A DNA stretch of 64,000 nucleotides. It comes from Candidatus Poriferisodalaceae bacterium (lineage in GTDB: Bacteria; Actinomycetota; Acidimicrobiia; Acidimicrobiales; Poriferisodalaceae). Positions 43,841 through 55,356 of the stretch are shown piece after piece. A model generated the notes under the pieces. It was given only the letters and a program-made list of their open reading frames with translations. It made no database searches and was not told the origin of the DNA. A program made the translations under genes and the position numbers. Every line of letters begins with the position of its first letter. Position 1 is the first letter of the stretch. The DNA lies in NCBI GenBank assembly GCA_965247395.1, contig OZ252012.1:242434-306433 (forward strand), given 5' to 3'.

Positions 43841-45865
43841 ATGACAACCCCAAACGACACCCAAGAGGCGTCGAAACAAAAACGTAAAAGAACAAGAAAA
43901 ATCAAAGGAGCCCCGCCCAAGAATTCTGGCGGAAGCTCTCCTAACTCTCAGGCAGATGGCGCGCGAGCTAACAGTGCCAACCCTTCAAGTGCCGACACTT
44001 CAAATGCTGACCCTTCACAGGTGGTGCGACGTCGTCGCCTAGTAGGTCCTGTTGATTCGCAACCGAGCACCGCGCCTGCTGCTAGGCCTTCTGACACATC
44101 GCCTGCTGCTAGCTCACCCGCTGAAAATGCGCCAGGTAAAGCCACCCAGGCCAAGTCAGCTGCGTCACCTCCGGTGGTGCCGCCACCAGCGAAAGGTCGT
44201 CGCGCTAATCGCATGCCAGCGCAGCCCGCTAAGCCCGAGATTGGAGACAGTCGACCGGCACCTAAAACTAGCGCGCCAAAAAAACGCGGCCGTCGTCGCG
44301 ATGGACGTAATCGCGGCCAACGGTCCCCCGATTCTGAGGCAACGAACAAGGTGTCGCCGGTTGAAACCATTACCGCCGACGAAAAGCCTGTCGAGTTAGA
44401 CAAAAAACAGAGGTCTAGGCGCCGCGGCGCTCAACGTGATGGCGAACCGCTGGGTCGCTATCGGATGCTTGTAAGCGTCAAAGGAGACACCACCCACGTC
44501 TCTATTACTGAGGGCAGAGTGCTGATTGAGCACTACATAGGTCACCCGGCCGACGCAGAAGAGATCGATGGGAACATCTATCTCGGATATGTGCGCAGAG
44601 TGCACCCGGGCATCGATACAGCGTTCTTGGACATCGGCACCGACAAGAACGCCGTGATTCATCGCCAAGACGCGTATGGGGTCACCACGGACAATTCCAA
44701 CCCATCCGCGTTGCTGGGAAGGGCCGACGCGGACAACACTAATAACCCAGGAGAATCCACTGGAGAATCCGATAGTTCGGAATCTGACAAATCGGCCTCA
44801 AAAGATGTTCGCCCAGATAACGGCCGCTCGAAGGGGTTTCGTGTGAGAAAGGAATCGGGGGCACGCATCGAGCATGTGCTAAAAGCTGGTCAGCCAGTTC
44901 TATGCCAGGTGCTCAAGAAGCCGATTGGCCACAAGGGAGCCAGGCTTACCACCGAGGTTTCACTACCCGGCCGATTCGTGGTGCTGGTGCCAAACAGTTC
45001 AGTCATTGGTGTTTCGCGACGTATGGAAGCACGCGTTGCTAAGCGCTTGCGGAGCACCTTGAAATCATCGCTGCCGGAGGGTTTCGGAGCCATTGTTCGA
45101 ACCGCCGCCGAGCACGTCACCGCCGAAGAGATCAGTCGCGATGTCGAGCGGCTAGTTGCTCAATGGCAGCAGATCGTTGAACTCTCTAAAGAGGCCAAAG
45201 GTCCGAATCTGCTGTTTAAGGAGCCTGAGATGGCTTTACGGACACTGCGTGAAGAGTTCAGTTCAGATTTTCGCGAAGTAATAGTCGACGATCCCGATTT
45301 GCACAAAAAGATACGCAGCTACATGGAGACCATCGCGGCTCCTTCGGTTGATCGTGTAACGCTCTATGACACAAAAGTTGAACCGCTGCCGTTGATGGAG
45401 AAATACCAAGTAACCGAGCAGCTCCGTAAAGCGGTCGACAGCAAGGTGTGGCTGCCCTCGGGGGGTTCCCTCATCATTGAACACACCGAAGCGCTGACCG
45501 TTATTGATGTCAATACAGGTAAAAACACGGGCTCTAGCAGCCTCGATGAAACGCTATTTATCAATAACCTTGAGGCAGCCGAAGAAGTTGCCCGTCAGCT
45601 GCGTCTGCGTGACATCGGCGGAATCATCGTTATTGACTTCGTTGACATGGAAAGCAAGCAAGAACAAGAGCAGCTAGTGCTGACTTTGCGTACGGCCTTA
45701 GCGCGCGACAAGACACGGTTCTCCGTGGAGTCTGTTTCAAAGTTCGGGGTGGTGCAGATGACTCGCAAGCGTGTTGGTGAAGGACTGCTGGAGTCGGTTA
45801 CTCATAAGTGTGAGAACTGTGATGGCCTGGGACTACTGCTAGATGACGAGCTGCTGTCAGCGTGA
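43841..45865 (+). CDS. rne: ribonuclease E/G family endoribonuclease with a basic/Pro-rich N-terminal low-complexity region
   Basis: Contains an S1 domain (GNIYLGYVRRVHPGIDTAFLDIG), the catalytic core (KGARLTTEVSLPGRFVVLVP, VIDVNTG) and a CxxC zinc-link near the C-terminus. ATG 43841 has the RBS GAAAGGAA. Confidence 0.85.
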   Translation: MTTPNDTQEASKQKRKRTRKIKGAPPKNSGGSSPNSQADGARANSANPSSADTSNADPSQVVRRRRLVGPVDSQPSTAPAARPSDTSPAASSPAENAPGKATQAKSAASPPVVPPPAKGRRANRMPAQPAKPEIGDSRPAPKTSAPKKRGRRRDGRNRGQRSPDSEATNKVSPVETITADEKPVELDKKQRSRRRGAQRDGEPLGRYRMLVSVKGDTTHVSITEGRVLIEHYIGHPADAEEIDGNIYLGYVRRVHPGIDTAFLDIGTDKNAVIHRQDAYGVTTDNSNPSALLGRADADNTNNPGESTGESDSSESDKSASKDVRPDNGRSKGFRVRKESGARIEHVLKAGQPVLCQVLKKPIGHKGARLTTEVSLPGRFVVLVPNSSVIGVSRRMEARVAKRLRSTLKSSLPEGFGAIVRTAAEHVTAEEISRDVERLVAQWQQIVELSKEAKGPNLLFKEPEMALRTLREEFSSDFREVIVDDPDLHKKIRSYMETIAAPSVDRVTLYDTKVEPLPLMEKYQVTEQLRKAVDSKVWLPSGGSLIIEHTEALTVIDVNTGKNTGSSSLDETLFINNLEAAEEVARQLRLRDIGGIIVIDFVDMESKQEQEQLVLTLRTALARDKTRFSVESVSKFGVVQMTRKRVGEGLLESVTHKCENCDGLGLLLDDELLSA

Positions 45866-45891
45866 GCTTGCACCGCTACCCTGAAGCGGTT

Positions 45892-46242
45892 ATGTACGCA
45901 GTTATTGAGACGGGTGGCAAGCAGCGGCGCGTAGAAACCGGCCAGGTGCTTGAGGTTGAACTGCTTAATGCTGGTCAGGAATCAAGCAAGGAAAGCACAA
46001 CCCCAGACAAAGAAAGCACCGTGAGCTTTACGCCAGTGCTTGTCGTGGATGGTGATTCCGTGTTGGCAACACCCGCAGAGCTAAAGGGCAGCACGGTTAC
46101 TGCGCAGGTGCTCGGTGAAACCAAGGGGCCCAAAATTCGTGGGTTCGTCTATAAGAACGCCACCACTTACCGCCGGCGATGGGGGCATCGTCAGCGCTAC
46201 AGCGAAATCGAAATCACCGATATAAAGGTTTCCGGGAGTTGA
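45892..46242 (+). CDS. rplU: 50S ribosomal protein L21
   Basis: MYAVIETGGKQRRV starts at ATG 45892. At 116 aa it carries a small Ser/Lys/Glu-rich insertion. Confidence 0.9.
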   Translation: MYAVIETGGKQRRVETGQVLEVELLNAGQESSKESTTPDKESTVSFTPVLVVDGDSVLATPAELKGSTVTAQVLGETKGPKIRGFVYKNATTYRRRWGHRQRYSEIEITDIKVSGS

Positions 46243-46245
46243 ATT

Positions 46246-46497
46246 ATGTCTAAGACCAAGGGCGGCGGCTCTACTCGCAACGGACGCGATTCAAACGCTC
46301 AGCGTTTGGGAGTGAAAGTTTTCTCCGGTCAGCAGATTGATGCTGGCAGCATCATTATGCGCCAGCGTGGCACCAAGTTTCATCCGGGCCGCAACGTCGG
46401 GTTGGGTAAGGACCACACGCTGTTTGCGACCTCCCCAGGCGTTGTGCGCTTCGGCTATCGCTTAGGCCGCAAACTCGTAGACGTAGTAGACAACTAG
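46246..46497 (+). CDS. rpmA: 50S ribosomal protein L27
   Basis: [24 protein letters not shown]...[10 protein letters not shown] is canonical L27. Confidence 0.95.
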   Translation: MSKTKGGGSTRNGRDSNAQRLGVKVFSGQQIDAGSIIMRQRGTKFHPGRNVGLGKDHTLFATSPGVVRFGYRLGRKLVDVVDN

Positions 46498-46560
46498 CTG
46501 TTTTTCTGGCTCGCAGCCGCTAAGCAGCTAGCTAACTAGCCGGCCCCCAGCAACTTCTAG

Positions 46561-47874
<1,314 letters not shown>

Positions 47875-47880
47875 CAAAGC

Positions 47881-49059
47881 ATGCGAGTAGTAGTAAAAAT
47901 CGGCACATCCTCTGTAACGCAGCCCGTCTCCAATCAGGTGGAGAATGCGTCAGAAAACAACGGGTCAGCCAGCGGGATATCTGGTGGAGTGTTACCTGGT
48001 GGAGTAACAGCTGGTGGAGTAATAGCCGAGGCAGCAATAGCAAAACTGGTGTCCGAAGTGGTTGCCACTCGCCAGCAAGGTCACGAGGTAATAGTTGTTA
48101 CCTCAGGCGCCATCACCGCCGGTGTGCAGCGACTAGGAATCCCTCGCCCCACCCGTATCAAGCGACTACAAGCCGTTTCCGCAGTGGGCCAGATAGACCT
48201 GATGGGTGTCTATTCTCGCCTGTTCGCCGAGCATCAGGTCGTAGCCGGACAGGTTCTGATTGCGCCTCATGATTTTGCAGATCGCAACCAGTATCTGCAC
48301 GCGCAAGACACTTTCGAAAATCTGCTAGCGCTGGGCGTGGTGCCGATAGTCAACGAGAATGATGCGGTTGCCGACGATGCAATCCGTTACGGCGACAACG
48401 ATCGAATCGCAGCTTTGGTCGCCAACCTGCTTGCGGCCGACCTGTTGGTGCTACTCACCGATACCGCTGGTCTTTACACCGCAGACCCAAATCGCAACCG
48501 GCAAGCGACGTTGATCGAAGAGGTGACAGAGGTAACGGCATCGCTTGAAGCGTTGGCTGGCAATCCGGGGGTTGTCGGCAGTGGAGGGATGGCCTCCAAG
48601 CTGGCGTCGGCGAAAATGGCTTCCTGGAGCGGTGTGCGCACGATCATCGCTGCCGCCAGCCGACCAGACGTGTTGGCAGATTCAATTTCGGGTCGCCCCG
48701 AACAAAGCACGGAAGTAGCTGCTCGCTCTACACGCATTGCGGCTCGCAAGCTTTGGATCGGTTTCGCAGTAGCTACATCGGGCACGCTCGTAGTTGACAC
48801 TGGTGCAAAGAAAGCCTTAGCCAGAGACGGGAAGTCGCTTTTGGCGGCGGGAGTTACAGCCTGTAGTGGAAAATTTGACGCCGGTGAGGCGGTAGAAGTT
48901 CAAACCGAGCAAGGCGAGTTGCTGGGTAAGGGCTTGATCGCCATGAGTTCAGAGGAGCTGTCCGCAGCAAAGGGCAAGCGCAGCGCAGAAATGGCCGACG
49001 GCATTTTGCCGCTGGTGATCCATCGTGATGATCTGGTGATTCTCAGCCAAGACTTATAA
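47881..49059 (+). CDS. proB: glutamate 5-kinase
   Basis: RVVVKIGTSSV..., an amino-acid kinase domain plus a C-terminal PUA domain. Contains a 3 x 15-bp in-frame repeat at 47981-48025. Confidence 0.9.
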   Translation: MRVVVKIGTSSVTQPVSNQVENASENNGSASGISGGVLPGGVTAGGVIAEAAIAKLVSEVVATRQQGHEVIVVTSGAITAGVQRLGIPRPTRIKRLQAVSAVGQIDLMGVYSRLFAEHQVVAGQVLIAPHDFADRNQYLHAQDTFENLLALGVVPIVNENDAVADDAIRYGDNDRIAALVANLLAADLLVLLTDTAGLYTADPNRNRQATLIEEVTEVTASLEALAGNPGVVGSGGMASKLASAKMASWSGVRTIIAAASRPDVLADSISGRPEQSTEVAARSTRIAARKLWIGFAVATSGTLVVDTGAKKALARDGKSLLAAGVTACSGKFDAGEAVEVQTEQGELLGKGLIAMSSEELSAAKGKRSAEMADGILPLVIHRDDLVILSQDL

Positions 49060-49098
49060 CTGGGCGGTACCCTGCCTCAGTGCCTTGCAGCGGAACAG

Positions 49099-50361
49099 GT
49101 GCTTGAAATGAACACAAGCGAGCAAACCATGTTTAAGCTTGGCGTGCGGGCTAAAGCAGCTTCGAGCCCTCTCGGACAGGCTTCGGGAGCCCAGAAGAAC
49201 GACGCTTTAGCTATTGCGGCCGACCTTTTGGAGTCGGCCACAGCCCAGGTTTTGGCAGCCAACGAGCGCGACGTCCACGCAGCGCAGGCCGCAGGCACCT
49301 TGCCCACCGTGATCGATCGTCTGCGCCTTGATGACAACAGAGTTCATGCCATGTCAGCAGGTTTGCGCAAGGTAGCGAGCTTGGAAGACCCGGTGGGCAA
49401 AGTGATCGACGGTTGGGTGCGCCCAAACGGTCTGGCAATCCAGCGAGTACGAGTGCCTCTAGGCGTGGTTGCAATCATTTACGAAAACCGACCCAATGTC
49501 ACCGCGGACGCTTTCGGGCTATGTCTCAAATCGGGCAACACGGCTTTCTTGCGCGGCTCTAGCGCGGCCTTGAACTCAAATCTCGTTATCGCGGATGCTT
49601 TGTGCGAGGGTGCCGAAAAGGCGGGCTTGCCACGCGATGTCCTGGTGTTTGTTAGCGACACTAGCCACGAAGCCGCGGCAGCTTTCATGCGGCTTAATGA
49701 TCACATCGATTGCCTCATCCCGCGCGGCGGCCCGGAACTGATCGCAGCGATCCGTGAGCACGCGACGGTTCCTTATGTGATCGACGGTGCCGGAAATTGC
49801 CACGTCTACGTTGACGAGACTGCCGATTTAGATCAGGCCATAGAGATAATCGTTGACGCCAAAATGAGCCGCCCGTCGGTTTGCAATGCGGCTGAGTCTT
49901 TGGTTGTCCACCGAGCCATAGCGACCGAGCTGCTGTCACGTTTGATCGAACGCCTAAAGGATGTAGCGCTAGTTGGTGACGCCGAAGCGTGTGCGATCTC
50001 CGAGCAAATTCAACCCGCTGAGCCAAATGATTTCTACCAAGAGTTCCTTGACCTTAAGATGAGCGTGAGCGTTGTAGGCACGCTTGGTGAGGCCATCGAC
50101 CACATCAATCAGCACGGCACTGGTCATAGCGAGGCGATCATCACACAGAATTACAGCGCGGCTAACCAATTCACTCGGCGTGTAGATGCGGCCGCTGTCG
50201 TGGTTAACGCGTCAACGCGCTTTGTTGATGGCGAAGAGTTTGGTTTTGGTGCGGAGATTGGTATTAGCACCCAAAAGCTGCACGCACGTGGTCCAATGGG
50301 GCTAGAACAACTGACGACCACAAAGTTTGTTGTTACTGGCCAAGGACAGGTCCGCGGCTAG
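49099..50361 (+). CDS. proA: glutamate-5-semialdehyde dehydrogenase
   Basis: 420-aa aldehyde-dehydrogenase-like protein with the catalytic Cys context RPSVCNAAESLVVH. Follows proB. The start is GTG 49099 or ATG 49108. Confidence 0.9.
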   Translation: MLEMNTSEQTMFKLGVRAKAASSPLGQASGAQKNDALAIAADLLESATAQVLAANERDVHAAQAAGTLPTVIDRLRLDDNRVHAMSAGLRKVASLEDPVGKVIDGWVRPNGLAIQRVRVPLGVVAIIYENRPNVTADAFGLCLKSGNTAFLRGSSAALNSNLVIADALCEGAEKAGLPRDVLVFVSDTSHEAAAAFMRLNDHIDCLIPRGGPELIAAIREHATVPYVIDGAGNCHVYVDETADLDQAIEIIVDAKMSRPSVCNAAESLVVHRAIATELLSRLIERLKDVALVGDAEACAISEQIQPAEPNDFYQEFLDLKMSVSVVGTLGEAIDHINQHGTGHSEAIITQNYSAANQFTRRVDAAAVVVNASTRFVDGEEFGFGAEIGISTQKLHARGPMGLEQLTTTKFVVTGQGQVRG

Positions 50362-50406
50362 CAACAAGCTCGCAAACCATCGCCATTAGTCGTTAACGAA
50401 AGAGAT

Positions 50407-51288
50407 ATGAAAATGAACAACGCAATGTTCGCTGACTTGACAGCCGTGCGTGAAGGCCTCGGCAAGGTTGAGTACTTGGCCGATGAAAGCATCGCCAGCG
50501 TTGTGTTTTTGGCTGAGCGGCTGAACAAGCCGGTACTTATCGAAGGGCCTGCCGGCACCGGTAAAACCGAGCTGGCTAAATCGGTGGCCAGCGCTACCGG
50601 CACTCGCCTGATCCGCTTGCAGTGCTACGAAGGGCTAGACGAGGCCAAGGCGCTTTATGAATGGAACTACAAGAAGCAGTTACTGCGCATCCAGGCCGAC
50701 CGAAGCGAAGGCGCTGATTGGGATGAGCTGCAAGACGACATTTTCAAAGATGAGTTCTTGCTCACGCGGCCCTTGTTAGAGGCGATTACCGCTGAAGACA
50801 AGGTCGTACTGCTTATAGACGAAGTAGACCGCTTAGAGGTTGAAACCGAAGCGTTGCTGCTAGAGCTGCTTTCGGATTATCAGGTGTCGATTCCTGAGAT
50901 GGGCACCATCGTCGCTAGCCAGCTGCCGATGGTGTTCTTAACTTCGAACAACACACGAGAGCTGTCGGAGGCGCTGAAACGCCGCTGCCTGTTCTTGCAC
51001 ATTGACTACCCGGAGCTTGAGCGCGAGAAAGAAATAGTGGTCACCAAGGTAGAGGGCATCAGCAACAACCTGGCCGAACAGGTAGCGCGAGTCGTTCGAT
51101 CGATCCGCCAGCTTGACCTCAAGAAGAGTCCATCCGTGTCGGAAACCTTGGACTGGGCGCGCACCTTGGTGATACTCGGCATCGACAGCATCGATGAGGA
51201 ACTAGCAAAGGAAACCCTGCACATACTGCTGAAGTATCAGACCGATATCGAGAAGGCAGCGAAGGAACTGACCGTAGAGGAAGGCTGA
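50407..51288 (+). CDS. MoxR-family AAA+ ATPase (CoxD-like)
   Basis: 293 aa with Walker A GPAGTGKT and Walker B LLIDEVDR. The length and architecture are MoxR-like. Confidence 0.85.
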   Translation: MKMNNAMFADLTAVREGLGKVEYLADESIASVVFLAERLNKPVLIEGPAGTGKTELAKSVASATGTRLIRLQCYEGLDEAKALYEWNYKKQLLRIQADRSEGADWDELQDDIFKDEFLLTRPLLEAITAEDKVVLLIDEVDRLEVETEALLLELLSDYQVSIPEMGTIVASQLPMVFLTSNNTRELSEALKRRCLFLHIDYPELEREKEIVVTKVEGISNNLAEQVARVVRSIRQLDLKKSPSVSETLDWARTLVILGIDSIDEELAKETLHILLKYQTDIEKAAKELTVEEG

Positions 51289-51292
51289 AGCG

Positions 51293-52729
51293 ATGCTTGA
51301 CCTGATTAGCGGTTTCGTGGTGGAGCTACGAGCGGCCGGTTTGCCGGTGTCGTTGACGGAAAACCTTGACGCCATGGAAGCTGTCAAGCACATTCCTGTC
51401 GAAGACCGCTTGGCGTTCAAATATGCCCTGGCCGCGACGCTGGTCAAAAACGAGCAGCACTGGCGCGCGTTTGAGACGGTGTTTGAGGTCTATTTCGCTT
51501 TGCGCGGACCCGAATATTCAGTCGCAGGTGAGGATGGCGAGGGTGAGCTAGATCCGGACAACATTGAAGACTGGATGTCTCAGCAGATGCGAGGCATGGG
51601 TGGACGCAGTGGTGGCGAAGACATGAGCCCCGAGGAAATCGCTGAAATGCTTTTTCGAGCGTTGCTGCAGGGCGACGAGGCAATGATGGCGGCGATGGCG
51701 CGCGCAGCGGTTACGCAGTTTGCGGGGATGGAACCCGGGCGACCCGTCGGCGGCACCTATTACCTCTATAGGACCTTGCGAAATTTGGACCTTGACGCCA
51801 TGTTGGAACGGCTGGTGGAGGAGTCTGCGGAGCGTTATGACAACGAGCTGACCTCCTTGCAGCAGCGACTTGAACGCGAAGAGTTCGAAAAGCGCATTAA
51901 TGATTTACGTCAAGAGGTAGAAGCCGAAATCCGACGACGGCTTGTGGCCGACCGGGGAGCCGAAGCAATGGTAAAAACGTTGCGTAAGCCGCTGCCAGAA
52001 GATGTGGACTTCATGCACGCCAGTCGTGAAGAGATGGCGAGCATTCGCAAGTCCATTCAGCCGCTTACGCGCAAGCTGGCTGCCAGACTGGCTCGCAAGC
52101 GTCGAAACAAGCGTCGCGGCCACCTGGATTTTCGTGCGACGGTGCGCCATTCGCTCAACTACGGTGGCGTGCCGGTGGAGCCGCATTTTCGCTATCCTCG
52201 CCCGGCTAAGCCCGAGCTAGTGGTGGTGGCCGATATTTCCGGATCGGTCGCAGCATTTGCTCGCTTTACCTTGCACCTCGTCTACGCCCTGCAAAACCAG
52301 TTCAGCAAGGTGCGCTCATTTGTGTTTATTGATGGCATAGATGAGGTAACGCACATGTTCCAGGGTGAGGAAGACATAACCAACGCGGTTCATCGCGTGA
52401 ACACCGAAGCCGATGTGGTTTGGGTTGACGGTCACTCCGACTATGGACACGCCTTTGGGGTGTTCTGGGAGCTTTTCAGCAAGGACGTCAACTCCAAGAG
52501 CACGATGATGTTCTTAGGCGACGCTCGCAATAATTATCACTCCACCAACGCGTGGGTGCTAAAGGAATGCGCCAAAAAGGCCCGGTCGGTGTTCTGGCTG
52601 AATCCGGAGCCCAAGTCGTACTGGGACACCGGCGATTCGGTGATAACCGAATACGGCACCTACTGCGATGGCGTATTTGAATGCCGCAACCTGCGTCAGC
52701 TTGAAGCCTTCGTAGATAATTTGGCTTAG
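51293..52729 (+). CDS. VWA domain-containing CoxE-like protein
   Basis: 478 aa. The C-terminal VWA domain has the MIDAS motif VVADISGSV. It lies 4 nt after the MoxR gene, the classic MoxR-VWA pairing. Confidence 0.8.
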   Translation: MLDLISGFVVELRAAGLPVSLTENLDAMEAVKHIPVEDRLAFKYALAATLVKNEQHWRAFETVFEVYFALRGPEYSVAGEDGEGELDPDNIEDWMSQQMRGMGGRSGGEDMSPEEIAEMLFRALLQGDEAMMAAMARAAVTQFAGMEPGRPVGGTYYLYRTLRNLDLDAMLERLVEESAERYDNELTSLQQRLEREEFEKRINDLRQEVEAEIRRRLVADRGAEAMVKTLRKPLPEDVDFMHASREEMASIRKSIQPLTRKLAARLARKRRNKRRGHLDFRATVRHSLNYGGVPVEPHFRYPRPAKPELVVVADISGSVAAFARFTLHLVYALQNQFSKVRSFVFIDGIDEVTHMFQGEEDITNAVHRVNTEADVVWVDGHSDYGHAFGVFWELFSKDVNSKSTMMFLGDARNNYHSTNAWVLKECAKKARSVFWLNPEPKSYWDTGDSVITEYGTYCDGVFECRNLRQLEAFVDNLA

Positions 52730-52757
52730 CTCGCCAAGGCTGGCGTGCCAGACAGAT

Positions 52758-54152
52758 CTACAAATCCGCCAGCTGCTCGGCAATACCGAACGACATATCC
52801 AGCGACTGACGAGCATTGAGCCGCGGGTCGCACATTGTTTCGTAGCGGTCGCTTAGCTGCTCGGTGCGAACCTCGTCGGCACCCCCGAGACATTCCGTTA
52901 CAGGGTCGCCAGTAATTTCTAGATGCACACCACCGGGCCAGGTCTGTTCTGCCTTGTGTACTTCGAAGTAGCTCTGCACCTCAGAAGTGATGGCGTCAAA
53001 GTGTCTTGTCTTGATGCCGTCGGGGGTGGTGTATGTGTTGCCATGCATCGGATCGCACTGCCACACCACCGGCTGACCTGCATCGGTAACAGCTCGCACA
53101 ATCGGCGCTAAGCGTTCGGTAACAAGTTCTGCGCCCATGCGCGTTATCAGCGTCAAACGTCCTGGTTCAGCGGCAGGGTTCAGCGTCTTGCAAAGCTCCA
53201 AGGCTTCATCGGGCGTTGTGGTCGGGCCCAACTTCACGCCGATTGGATTATGCACGCCACGCAAAAACTCAACATGAGCGCCTGTTAGCTCGCGCGTGCG
53301 TTCACCGATCCACAGCATGTGCGCCGAGCAGTCGTACCAATCGTTGGTGATGCTGTCTTGGCGTGTCAATGCTTCTTCGTAGCCGAGCAACAAGGCCTCA
53401 TGGCTGGTGTACAGCTCCACCTGGCGCATGGCTGCGTTGTCAAGATCTAGTCCGCATGAACTCATAAAACGAAGCGCTGCTGCAATGCCTTTGGCAACGC
53501 GGTCGTAGCGCTGTCCAGCCGGACTTGACGCCACAAACTCTTCATTCCAGGTATGAATCTGGCGCAGGTCGGCATAACCGCCGCGCGTAAAGGCCCGCAG
53601 CAGATTCAGCGTTGCAGCCGAAGTGTTGTAGGCCTCTACCAAGCGCGCAGGGTTAGGGCGGCGCGCATCGGTTTCAAAGGCTGCTTCGTTCACTATGTGG
53701 CCGCGAAAGCTTGGCAGGGTCGCACCGTCTTTGGTTTCGGTGTCGGAGCTGCGTGGCTTCGCAAACTGTCCGGCAATGCGACCGATTTTTACTATTGGTA
53801 GGCCTGCGGAGTACTGCAACACGGCCGCCATTTGCAAAATCACCTTGAGGCGATCGCGGATGTCATCGGCGGTTGATAAGTCCAGCGATTCAGCGCAATC
53901 TCCTGCCTGCAGCACAAAACCTTTGCCCGCGCACACCTGTGCCAGGTTTGACTGCAAGCGGCGAGCCTCACCTGCAAATACCAAAGGCGGTCGGCGCCTT
54001 AGCTCACTTAAGGCTTCGGACAGCTTTGTTTTGTCAGGCCATTCGGGTTGCTGGCCAGCCGGATATTCCCGCCAAGACTCTCGATGCCAGGCAGGCTTAG
54101 TTGTGGGCGATGTGCTAGCGCCCGAATCAAGCGGCGGCGCAGCGGTGCTCAT
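52758..54152 (-). CDS. class II 3-deoxy-7-phosphoheptulonate (DAHP) synthase
   Basis: 464 aa. Length and motifs (GRIAGQFAKPRSS, WIGERTR, CDPMHGN) match the class II, actinobacterial/plant type. Confidence 0.9.
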   Translation of the reverse strand: MSTAAPPLDSGASTSPTTKPAWHRESWREYPAGQQPEWPDKTKLSEALSELRRRPPLVFAGEARRLQSNLAQVCAGKGFVLQAGDCAESLDLSTADDIRDRLKVILQMAAVLQYSAGLPIVKIGRIAGQFAKPRSSDTETKDGATLPSFRGHIVNEAAFETDARRPNPARLVEAYNTSAATLNLLRAFTRGGYADLRQIHTWNEEFVASSPAGQRYDRVAKGIAAALRFMSSCGLDLDNAAMRQVELYTSHEALLLGYEEALTRQDSITNDWYDCSAHMLWIGERTRELTGAHVEFLRGVHNPIGVKLGPTTTPDEALELCKTLNPAAEPGRLTLITRMGAELVTERLAPIVRAVTDAGQPVVWQCDPMHGNTYTTPDGIKTRHFDAITSEVQSYFEVHKAEQTWPGGVHLEITGDPVTECLGGADEVRTEQLSDRYETMCDPRLNARQSLDMSFGIAEQLADL

Positions 54153-54164
54153 GGCAGTTGCTGG

Positions 54165-55052
54165 CTAGCCGGCTGCTTCGTCGAAGGCGTCAACGTCGCG
54201 AAACTCGCCGTTGTTGGCGTGTTCTTGCAGCTCTTCAATTGCGCGCTTGACCAAACGACGTGCAGCCTCGGCCGTGACGTTTAGCTCATCACCGATTTCG
54301 CGGTAACTACGCGGCTCCTCGTCGAAGAATCCGAAACGGCTAGCCACCGCAAAGCGCGTGCGCTGATCCAGCGAACCCATCATGGCCTTCACTACCTCAC
54401 GACGCTGACCCTGCTGGGCGAAGAAGTCCGGCCCTGGCCTGTCGTCGCCGATGAGATCAATCAAAGTGCTGTCACCGTCACCGTCGTTGCCAATGGTCTT
54501 GTCAAGCGAAGTTGGGGTACTGATACGTTGCAGCCAAGCGTTTTCATCGTCTAGCGCGTCGTTGTCGCCACCGTTGTGACGCAGCGCAGCGCGTAGCGAA
54601 GCCGAGCGATCGGACGGCAGACGAATCAGGCTGCCCTTCTGATCGAGTGCACGACCAATGGACTGGCGGATCCAGAATGTGGCATAGGTAGAAAACTTGA
54701 AGCCCTTGCGCCAGTCGAACTTCTCGACTGCATGCTCAAGACCCAGGTTGCCCTCTTGAATCAGATCAAGCAGTTCAAGCGTGGGGGGCAACGGATAGCG
54801 CCGTGCTATTGACACAACCAAGCGCAGATTGGCACGAATGAAGTGATCACGCGAGCGTTCAGCGGTCCGCATGGCCCGGCGTGCTTCGCGCTTTTCGGCC
54901 GTAGTAGGTTCCTGGTTGTTTAGCTCGGCCTCTTCTAGTCGTTCGTACGCGTCCCGCCCAGCTTCGATGCGCTTTGAGAGGGTGCGCTCCATTTCGGCGT
55001 TCAACAAGTCAACTGCGCCGATTTCGTTTAAGTATTGTCCTACTGAATCCAT
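54165..55052 (-). CDS. sigma-70 family RNA polymerase sigma factor (group 1/2-like, no region 1.1)
   Basis: Region 2 is FIRANLRLVVSIARRY...DLIQEGNLGLEHAVEKFDWRKGFKFSTYATFWIRQSI. Region 4.2 is SYREIGDELNVTAEAARRLVKRAIEEL. Confidence 0.85.
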   Translation of the reverse strand: MDSVGQYLNEIGAVDLLNAEMERTLSKRIEAGRDAYERLEEAELNNQEPTTAEKREARRAMRTAERSRDHFIRANLRLVVSIARRYPLPPTLELLDLIQEGNLGLEHAVEKFDWRKGFKFSTYATFWIRQSIGRALDQKGSLIRLPSDRSASLRAALRHNGGDNDALDDENAWLQRISTPTSLDKTIGNDGDGDSTLIDLIGDDRPGPDFFAQQGQRREVVKAMMGSLDQRTRFAVASRFGFFDEEPRSYREIGDELNVTAEAARRLVKRAIEELQEHANNGEFRDVDAFDEAAG

Positions 55053-55356
55053 ATCAATTTCTTCTTATTCGTCTTTCCGGCATGCAAACGCCGGACCTCT
55101 TATTCGCTTAGAATGTGTCTAGATTTTGTGAGCTCAGATCGTGCCGGATGGCCCGTTCCACTGCCTAGCCGTTCTTGCGAATTGGGCGACTCTCATTCCC
55201 CTTGTGAACGGCGTGGTGATCTGGAGCAGAATGCTCGATCCTTGAGCCTCGCGAGTATAACACTCACAAGCACGAAGCGGTGGTAAGAGACATACCATGA
55301 TACGCGCATTACGGACACGAATGCAAGGGCACGGCAGAATTCGCGGCAAATAATCT

